From Paraspadella gotoi (lineage: Eukaryota > Animalia > Chaetognatha), in assembly GCA_051294375.1 (NCBI GenBank), contig JBJCIZ010000338.1, positions 2,888 to 9,749 on the forward strand: a stretch of 6,862 nt of DNA. Direction: 5' to 3'. The position numbers were made by a program, and so were the translations under genes. Below, one piece after another: positions 1 to 6,862 of the stretch; within the stretch, counting starts at the first letter, position 1; each line of letters opens with the position of its first letter. The notes under the pieces were generated by a model. It was not told the origin of the DNA, searched no databases, and saw only the letters and a program-made list of their open reading frames with translations.

Positions 1-199
1 CCAAAAAAAAAGCGTGAAAACCCGGAATCCTGATCCCCCCCTCGCCCGAAACGAATGTTTTATCTATGAAATATAATTTTCAGTATTTTTTTTATATACT
101 AAATTTTACTTTCGCCGAACGCGGTTTTGGCGGCTTTTGAAAAACCACTTAAAAATACTTATTTTAAAAAAAAAAAATTTTAAAAATATTACCTCATTA

Positions 200-263
200 C
201 CCTAACCGTAAACCTTCTTAACTCTAACCACCCTAACCCTTCCCTAACCCCTCCCTAACCCCG
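200..263. repeat. Degenerate telomere-like CCCTAA repeat (three ~11-bp CCCTAACCCYN units)
   Basis: CCCTAA at 200, 231, 242 and 253; the units at 231-263 have an 11-nt period. Confidence 0.75.
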
Positions 264-360
264 GTCGTAGGAGTCTTGTCCGTGCAGCGGAAAGTCGGCC
301 CGTACCAGCCTCTTTCGCTCGATCAATCTAATAGCTTTGACTTTTTTCAAATCTCAAGTT

Positions 361-1327
361 TTGTCTTTTTTGAGTTCCGGAATTTTTTGCGTTTTTACTT
401 ACAGCTATATCTTCTATAATAATGAATGGAATGACTTTGATATGCATGGTGTGGGATGGAACTCGGCTATGGTCCTCTATTCCCCATTCTATAATTTCCA
501 AAAAAAATTTTGAAGTTTTGTGTTTTGACCATCATTTTTTTAAAACAATTTTTAATTTGCATTTACTGTGCTCAAGAATACTTGAACGATATATTTTTTT
601 TTCTCAGTAAATATTACTCTAACATTCAGGGGTAACCCCACTCAAACTGGATGTGAATCAAAAATTTAGAATGATTATATGCCCTCAAAACGAAAATTTA
701 TACATTTCTTAAGTATACTTTCAATGGACAAAAAGTTCTTAATGTGGCTCTATACCAAATAATTAAATTTTAAAATATTTATGTTATGAAATAGAAAGGC
801 CCCAGATTTTTTTTTGATAATTTTTAAATTTTTAAGACCAGATTCAGATAGTCTAAAGAGTTGTCTACACAAAGTATAATTCTTTTTAAATATTTTTATT
901 CCATGAGTCAAAAAATAAGAAAAACCGTAAAAAATCATCATCATCATCAATTTCCGGATGAATGTTTATCCAGGTTTTTTTATTTGTTGTCACATAGAAG
1001 ACGTAGAAGAATTTTTAAAAGCGTAAATTTAATATTTCTTATTTAACTTTCAATGCGCTCTATCAGGAATCCATCAAAAGAAATTTTAGATTTCTAAAAA
1101 AAAATTTTAGTATATTAATAAAGAGACGAGTAATATTTAATGTATTATCAAGATTGGTTAATATAAATGTTTTTTTTGAAAGAATGGATGTTAAATATTT
1201 TAGTCCAGAGACAACTAAAAAGTACTTTGCTTAATTGTGGAACAATTTTTTATATTATCTCCTGGAAGTTGGGTTGCCCTCACTAGACACTTACTTGGGT
1301 CTAATGGTAAAACGTGTTAGCGGCTGA
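361..1327 (+). pseudogene. G: Putative rhabdovirus-like glycoprotein G gene, 5' part (highly degenerate)
   Basis: LSFLSSGIFCVFT 361-399 [LAFLFIGVNCKFT, signal peptide and mature N-terminus]; YGP/IPHSIIS 468-499 [YGPKYITHSIRS, next to a fusion loop]; VTPLKLDVN 632-658 [VTPHHVLVD]; IICP 674-685 [YICP]; SIRNPS 1059-1076 [SISAPS]; MDVKYFSP..NNFLYY..LPSL..LGLM 1184-1327 [VDLSYLAP..NGTLKY..APIL..VGMI]. The region is very AT-rich with homopolymers, so chance matches are a real risk and the intervening parts may not be viral. Confidence 0.42.
934..949. repeat. (ATC)5 microsatellite
   Basis: atcatcatcatcatca; accounts for the poly-Met and poly-His runs in two ORF-track ORFs. Confidence 0.85.
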
Positions 1328-1689
1328 AAAAAAAAAATTGATTTATTAATTTATGCATAGTCCGCCTAATAATATAATAATTCTAGCTTATGTGTTTATT
1401 TCTATTATGTTAATACTCTTTTTATTTATAGAAATTAATAGTTGATTGATAGAACAATTTATTCCTGGTTAAATCAATATTCACATTTTTGTTGTAATAA
1501 GTTAACTAATAGTAAGATTTTAAATATATTACTCACAATATGATTTTTGATAAATAATTTTTTTAAAAAAAGTTTAAGTGCGAAATATTGGTGAATGTAC
1601 TGGATTACAAATATATAAATTTTTTTCAAATTTGGGATACCGAGTCCCCCGTGTGCTGGCAGGGGCTCGTGGTATAGAGGCTCTTTAAG

Positions 1690-1866
1690 AAAAAAGGGTC
1701 ATTCAATTCAACTTCAATATAGGCCCAAAATGGAGTCACAAATATCAGAAAGCTAGAGCTCCGGCGATTCCCGAAAATGTATTCCACTTAAACATTTGAT
1801 GCATTCTACCCCTTTTATATCGGTTTTAATTATAATATAGAGAGGAGTGGAGGGAAGAAACCTATC
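1690..1866 (+). pseudogene. G: Putative rhabdovirus-like G gene, C-terminal ectodomain fragment
   Basis: ATA GGC CCA a AAT GGA GTC ... TTC CCG 1719-1773 = IGP(+1)NGV..FP [IGPNGV..FP]; SGGKKPI 1846-1866 [TGLSKNPI], ending exactly where the MITE begins. Confidence 0.5.
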
Positions 1867-2143
1867 TGAAGAGTTGCAGGTCAAACGAAAAGGCCAATCC
1901 ATCCTGATATTTTTTATGAATTTTTATTACTGAATTAGAAAATGTAATAGGAGACATTTTTAAATTTCAAACTTGTATCCATTTGAAAATGAAAACGTTT
2001 TTTACTTTAACCGAATTCTTGCTAACTGGAACGCGTTTATGAAAATGTCTGTCTATTACATATTTTACAAAAAGTTTTTTAAAGATTGCTAATCAAATTT
2101 CTAATTCAATATTATTGCAGGTCGTTTAGGCTGCAACTCTTCA
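1867..2143. mobile_element. MITE-like non-autonomous DNA transposon (~277 bp)
   Basis: Terminal inverted repeats TGAAGAGTTGCAGGTCAAACGA (1867-1888) and TCGTTTAGGCTGCAACTCTTCA (2122-2143), 19/22 complementary, with an AT-rich non-coding interior. No clean TSD is visible. Confidence 0.7.
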
Positions 2144-2210
2144 AATTCAGTGTAGATTCATTGTACTCAAAATTTTGTTACCATCTGTTTTAACTGGAAC
2201 CGATTTTGTT

Positions 2211-2228
2211 CATGACTGAAATCAACAG
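2211..2228 (+). promoter_or_regulatory. Candidate fossil rhabdovirus G-L gene junction (gene-end/gene-start signal)
   Basis: CATG-ACTGAAA-TC-AACAG has the 4+7+2+5 spacing of the vesiculovirus-type junction (T/C)ATG-A7-NN-AACAG, with 3 mismatches in the A7 run. It lies between the G and L fragments. Confidence 0.35.
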
Positions 2229-2857
2229 AGGTAGAGAATTAATTGTTTAATTCTCCCCTTCTAACCTAACCCATAACCTTGTGTTTTAACTTCTTACCTA
2301 GAATTTTTTTAACGAAACCAGATTGAAAAACACAATCTATTAAAAATGTGCTTACCCATTTAACTTAACAATTTTGTTATTTTCCGATTTCAAAAAAATA
2401 TTTAAAACAGGGCTCATGTCTGACAATATAATAAATCTTTTTTTTGGGTGATTACTGGTGGATTACGATGTGATTTCTACATGATGTTTTAGCTCTAATA
2501 CATCAATGATTACTATAATTTTTTAATTGTGATAACCTTCCTAACAAATACAGCCCTAAAAATGGTTAAAAACACCTATTTTTTAAACCTTCTAAAAACT
2601 GCAATACACAAGAAATTTTCAACTCAAATTTTAAGGTATGTTAGTAATTGGTAGTATTTTATTGCCTGAAAAAATCAGAGACGTAGTAATAATTTTTCCT
2701 AATTATACAGATTAAATAGGGAGACGTCCTAAGAAATTCAGGTAATTTTAAATTTTGCTGAGGTCGTCTAAGTTTTTCTCGTATTTTTTTCTATCTCTTT
2801 GTTTCTTTCTCTTTATTACCTCTCCCTTTTTTTACTTCATTCTCTCTCTCTTTAAAA

Positions 2858-3000
2858 ATGAAGAAAGTGTGAATTTTATCAAGGATATGATGCGCTTTCA
2901 AAAACGGAAGTGGCCGGAAGAGGCGATATAGTAGGATCAGTGATATCAGTAATGCAGAATATTTCATGTAATGTCTGCTTGTTTCGAATGAAACTTTGCG
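2858..3000 (+). pseudogene. L: Rhabdovirus-like L gene, N-terminal fragment
   Basis: ISNAEYFM*CLLVSNE 2945-2992 aligns ungapped with remembered VSV L LNHADYNLNSPLISDD. The in-frame ATG at 2858 puts this at codon 30, versus about residue 34 in VSV. In-frame stops are present. Confidence 0.5.
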
Positions 3001-3104
3001 AGAGTAGTGATCAACAATAAGATGTTTGTAATACATAAATATCTTAGTTATGTAGTCATGTGATCACAGGGAAATACACGTAAAAGAAAGTCATTGCAGG
3101 CGCA

Positions 3105-3172
3105 ACGCATTATGTGGATTTGAACCCGAGACAGCTCATCCACAAGTATTTGCTCAGCTAATGTCGCCACTC
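3105..3172 (-). mobile_element. tRNA-derived Pol III head (SINE fragment or tRNA pseudogene)
   Basis: Minus strand has a perfect B box GGTTCAAATCC (3126-3116) and a partial A box TGGCGACATTAG starting at 3169, at tRNA-like spacing (~43 nt). I could not fold a convincing cloverleaf. Confidence 0.55.
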
Positions 3173-3439
3173 TATAGATATGTTATTTGTTAGAACCTTT
3201 AATAACTTAAACGTTTTACTTGTTTTAACTTTTGTTTTATCAAACAAATGATCAACTCTAATCATCAGTAAATAGCTGATTCATAAGTTTCATCTCAATC
3301 TAGCTTAGAATCCGATTTTCAAAGATACAAATAATTAAAAACTGACTTCAAATCTCAGCAGTATTAATTTAATTATTACTCTCCGTTATCGTCTTATTAT
3401 TTTACTGAGTCTTTTATTACATAATTGATGATTGTTTGT

Positions 3440-3570
3440 TCATGTAGATATTCAGATTTCTTGCTGGCAAAAGTAATATGAATATCTTATGCTTTGATTA
3501 TTTTATTAAGGTCACATCTTATTACATTAACCAAGCAATGTGGTTACATTGAACTTTTACCTCAAAGCGT
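3440..3570 (+). pseudogene. L: Rhabdovirus-like L gene, second fragment
   Basis: WQK*YEY 3465-3485 [WGNKPIEY] and HLITLTKQCGYIELL 3515-3559 [HKLTLILNAVSEVELL], in the expected order between the N-terminal fragment and the main fragment. Confidence 0.4.
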
Positions 3571-3808
3571 TGATAAACTTTGCCTACGCCACAGCGTCAA
3601 CGTAGCGCCTCTCTTTCTTTTTCTTTTCTTTCTTTCTTTTTTCTTTCTATGACTATCGTCAACTCTACTAAAGTGTTGTACACAATAAAAAGAAAAATAA
3701 ATGGAAATGATTTTGAATGGAAAAACATACGTCACATTTAGTTTAATCTTTTTACTAATTTCAACATATAATTACACAAATTATTCATAATTAGATGGAT
3801 AGATTGAG

Positions 3809-4054
3809 ATAAAATTTTGTGTTTGGGTAGGAAAGTGTGTGATTGTGTTAAATATAAAGTTTCGATGGAATTGTGCAAGTGGAAAAGAGTTTAGGTAGAA
3901 AAAACAAGTCATATTTACCTAAACCTTTTTTAATTATTTTATTTTTTCAGAATTTCATAGATTAACTGATATAAAATTTTGTGTGTGGGTAAGAAAGTGA
4001 GTCATTAAGCTCGCTATAAAGTTTCGATGGAATTGTGCTAGTAAAAATGAGTTT
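3809..4054 (+). repeat. Two diverged 84-bp direct repeats (3809-3892 and 3971-4054)
   Basis: Ungapped alignment gives 70/84 identity, including the exact 24-mer TATAAAGTTTCGATGGAATTGTGC at 3853-3876 and 4015-4038; offset 162 bp. Confidence 0.9.
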
Positions 4055-4081
4055 TAATAGAACAAGAACGGTAATTCAAAT

Positions 4082-6006
4082 GTGTTGTGCCGCAGTATTT
4101 GCCTTATCATGTATATTTTTCGTGACATGACATGCATGATGTAATATGATAAGGGTGCAGTATGGTTGTCGGAGGAGGAAGTAGTATTCTGCCCTTCCGA
4201 TGTTATAATTTGATCAATCTTCGCGAGAGATTCTCGGTCAACTGTGGTCTCATAATTTGGTAAACTCCTCGCGACTGAGTGCACTCTGGTCACCATGTCA
4301 TAAGGTGTGTAGTCCAACGCACTGAGAGCATTAGGGTTGGTCTGGTGGATGCGAGGCGTGGGTGAATGATTACTAATTTGGTGCAAAATAGAATAATTTA
4401 GTCAAGCTGGAATGAATTTGTTAACTTGGAAAAAAGTTGCTGCGAGCATGGCGAGATCATCAATCCTTTTCTATTATATTTAGCCTTGTGAGTGGGTGCG
4501 AAGCCTCATCACCAGTAGGTTAGTGCGTACTTCAGAGAACTTGCCATAGTATTTCACTGGCCTGCGTCTCTAGACGATGCGGAGCCAGTGACCTATTCCA
4601 AGTCCTGTAACTCACTATTTTAGAGGCAACTAGAGCATCCTCAATTGCTTCCTTGTGGGAGTGTGCGTGAGTACGAATACTGACCTCTATTTGTGTCGTA
4701 TTCAACTTGCGTCTCAGTACACATGCTTTGGTCCTTACCGCCGGTGGTCGGGCGAGTAAGAGGTGGTGGAAATCAAGGTGTCGGCACTCTCTTACATGAA
4801 ATTCTTGATCTACATTGTGCATATCAAAAGAGCATTGGTCAAGCTGACGCCATATGAGTGTGTCAGGTGTGAGGACTCGTCAGTCGCTCCATATCAGGAG
4901 TCTGCCTGGTAAACGTTGCCGTCACGCTCTCCTGGTCTCACAGAGGATAAGGTGAGATAACGACGATTTGTCTGCAAAAATGAGAAGTGGTGTAGTGGCA
5001 CTGAGAACCTACTCCTTACTTTTATATATTCATATATCATGCCGCGAAGTTGCGGAGAACAATATTCCTTCTCTAAGCTCAGTAACTTCGCCCTCCAGCG
5101 GCATAGTATAAGGTGGTTTTCAGCAGCAGAGATCTACTGAGTGTTTCACAAAGAAGGGTCCTGATATGTCAGGAGTTAGACCTCCAGAACCGCTATGGGG
5201 ACAGAATACACACGAAGTTTACCGAGTAGTGCACGATCCTTTGTCGTGAAGCAGTGTACATATGTGACGATGTCGGGATGTGGCCAGGAGCAAAGTGCCT
5301 GCATATGACGACGGGGGGATGACGCGGCTTGTGCAGGAAGGAACTACGGCACTCTCCTGATCCCCTCCTCTCTTATATAATATGCTGAGTGCATCACATG
5401 TCTGACCGCGGGCTTTAACGTCGTGTGAGTGCAGGTCTCCATTGGCGACGAATGCTCATTTGGCGTGCCGGCTACTGTATTGGGAAGTTCGAGCGTGACT
5501 CGACTTCAACTCTGAGGATAGAGCTCGACTTCAATAAACTCAGGTAATGGAGACAAACTGCGCTAGGCGGTGGGAACAAAGTGAGAGCATCCGGACGGTT
5601 GCAGATTTGACCCGGGACAGAACAATCGTGCTTCCGCACTCGCGGGAAGAAGGGAGAGCGCACGACAAGGAAGTGTCAAGTGGTATGCAGCAGTTCACCA
5701 CGAGCGACTACGATGCTGCCTAGCTCGATGCTCAAGGAAAAAAGTATAGTGCAGATATTTCGTAAATCCTTGTTTAGAGTACGGAGGACCGTGCTCTTCA
5801 TGCGGTAATGCTTAGCAAGTATAAGTTGATAACTGAGTTAGAAGCAAAGAGAGATCATTAGGAATGGATTTACAACATTAGAAGCTTGGATCTGCGCTAG
5901 TATGATTTCCGTTTCAGCTAGCTTCCTGCTTCATTTTTTGGAAGGTCAAATCATTTAGAAGTTAACGGGCCAAGTAATTATTGGTTTAGCTACTCAAGAA
6001 TAAACA
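4082..6006 (+). pseudogene. L: Endogenous rhabdovirus-like L (RNA-dependent RNA polymerase) gene, main fragment; many stops, frameshifts and deletions
   Basis: GC-richer island with ordered motifs (remembered VSV L in brackets): YNLINLRE 4204-4227 [YDLIKMVE]; HSGHHVI 4282-4302 [HWGHPFI]; WNEFV..EHG 4408-4452 [WKEFL..EKG]; YFTGL 4550-4564 [MFKGL]; YLCR/FNLR 4688-4712 [motif A DxxKWN..R, weak]; LHE/LIY 4792-4813 [THEF..LIY]; TGA GTG TGT CAG GT GT GAG GA CTC GT CAG 4855-4883 [motif B WxGQxGGxEGLRQ with small deletions]; GGA TAA GGT GA GAT AAC G ACG ATT TGT CTG CAA 4945-4977 [motif C QGDNQVICTQ]; SRDLL 5125-5139 [SADYL]; GG*RG..RHSPDPL 5314-5367 [GGVSG..RAFPDPV]; KFERDSTS 5485-5508 [KLVEDPTS]; KKYSADIS*ILV*S 5739-5780 [KKYHRELDDLIVRS]; W..DLR 5865-5897; GP.NY/GLATQE 5967-6000 [RGPLPAYLGSKTSE, GxxT]. 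Several spacings (motif A to HE, GDN to SxD, PDP to DPTS) match; others need large deletions. Confidence 0.75.
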
Positions 6007-6521
6007 AATGGCGAAAAAAAATCATGATTTTAGTTTTCCTGGCCATTTTTGGTATTTATGTGTATCATTTATTTTTATTTATTTGGCGACACTTTTTTGT
6101 TGGTTCAACAAAATAGTGTGCTATTATCTGTTTTGGATAAAGAGGGGAAAGATATGCAAAAACATCATAATAGGTTGCCTGAATAGAATATGTGTGTTAA
6201 GGATGTAAAATTAAATGTTTCACTGACATACTGCTGCAATTTTGCTGTAATGAGAGCAATCCGGAAGTCGCCCAGACGAATGGCAGCAGTAAGCTGCGCA
6301 TGCCTAAGAACAGGGCTATACGCAAATCATTGAAGGAATGGTTTTATCCCAAAGTTTTGTGTAACTTTTTATTAAAATCAAAGTGAATTATGTTATAACT
6401 GTACTTTTTTCCTAAATAGCTAAAGTCGCCTCAAATTTTAATCTGTTGAGAATAAGAGAGACGAATAGGGAGAGACTCATTAATCTAAAATTTCAGTAAC
6501 ATGTGACTTTTTGTTTTTTAG
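6007..6521. mobile_element. AT-rich ~515-bp insertion interrupting the L fossil, probably DNA-transposon derived
   Basis: Separates the GxxT motif from the segment that follows it directly in L. Contains TGGCGAC/GTCGCC-type motifs (~6084, 6267, 6425) and TAGGTTGCC (~6170). Boundaries are approximate; no clear TSD. Confidence 0.45.
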
Positions 6522-6522
6522 T

Positions 6523-6800
6523 TTGCGCCAGTGGAGTCAACTCGAGGAATGGCAGCTCGTTAGATAGTAGTCACTTGTGCCGGTCGGTCTGCGTCCAGTT
6601 TGGTCGTGTCGGTATGCTCTGTTCGTCAATCTGTCGCCAACTCTGGTTAGGCTACCGTTTGATGTTGATCAGACAGAAAAGAAACCTGAAATCGTAAAAA
6701 GACTGCAGAGACCGCCGCCTTCAGAAAAATCCTAAAACTAAAACGGAATGAAAGAGACGGAATTTTGATGTAGTGCAGCAGTCCTAAAATATATGGGTTA
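6523..6800 (+). pseudogene. L: Rhabdovirus-like L gene, continuation (PRNTase/capping domain); may extend past the window end
   Basis: LRQWSQLEEWQLVR 6523-6564 [LQPWERESKVPLIK, the segment right after GxxT]; KR 6697-6702 followed by a degenerate HR-site candidate ~6713-6722 (weak); MKE 6748-6756 plus NFDVVQQS 6761-6784 and YG 6792-6797 [MRD..NFDFLFQA.LLY]. Confidence 0.6.
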
Positions 6801-6862
6801 AGAAGATTATCATGAAGTTATCTGTTAAATTCATATGAATTGTTTATTGTTATGGTCAGATC

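Noticed and set aside
200-263. True telomere
   Set aside because: Short, degenerate, 11-nt period and internal to the window.
750-1046. ORFs 750-950 (-) and 861-1046 (+)
   Set aside because: Low-complexity products of the (ATC)n repeat and A/T runs.
2791-3036. 81-aa minus-strand ORF
   Set aside because: The K/E/R-rich tail derives from a pyrimidine tract; the rest is antisense to the L N-terminal fragment.
3584-3650. CTACG/CGTAG hairpin plus pyrimidine tract as a terminator or Helitron end
   Set aside because: The stem is only 5 bp, there is no CTRR terminus at the expected distance, and the context is not bacterial.
3853-4038. Exact 24-mer repeat as a CRISPR array
   Set aside because: Only two copies 162 bp apart inside a longer duplication, in eukaryote-like DNA with no cas genes.
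4453-4661. Minus-strand LPQGS (4661-4647) and IDDL (4464-4453) as reverse transcriptase motifs
   Set aside because: Different frames, about 60 codons apart, no other RT motifs; the + strand L reading explains many more motifs.
4054-5663. Minus-strand ORFs of 110, 96 and 63 aa as real genes
   Set aside because: No recognisable motifs, two start at non-ATG codons, and they are best explained as antisense shadows of the decayed + strand L gene.
5538-6113. Frame +3 stretch interrupted only by TAA/TAG, ending in a hydrophobic run: alternative genetic code or envelope protein
   Set aside because: TGA stops and frameshifts occur just upstream, the stretch matches L, and the hydrophobic run comes from the T-rich insertion.
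6008-6697. ORFs 6008-6208 and 6503-6697 as genes
   Set aside because: The first is T-rich insertion sequence; the second is out of frame with the L-like motifs and has no recognisable homology.

Overview
AT-rich, eukaryote-like DNA with no intact gene; the ORF-track ORFs look incidental. Reading the + strand across stops and frameshifts reveals a collinear chain of degenerate motifs matching rhabdovirus (vesiculovirus/dimarhabdovirus-like) proteins. Fragments of the glycoprotein G (~361-2232) are followed by fragments of the L polymerase, from its N-terminus through the RdRp motifs to the PRNTase/capping motifs (~2858-6800), with a candidate G-L transcription junction at 2211-2228. I interpret the window as an old, multi-gene endogenous rhabdovirus-like element (NIRVS/EVE), heavily deleted and broken up by later insertions: a TIR-bounded MITE, a tRNA-derived Pol III head, a telomere-like/G4 repeat, a TTAA-ended hairpin element, an 84-bp duplication and a ~515-bp AT-rich insert. 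All protein comparisons are by eye against remembered VSV G/L sequences, not database alignments. The L call is much better supported than the G call.
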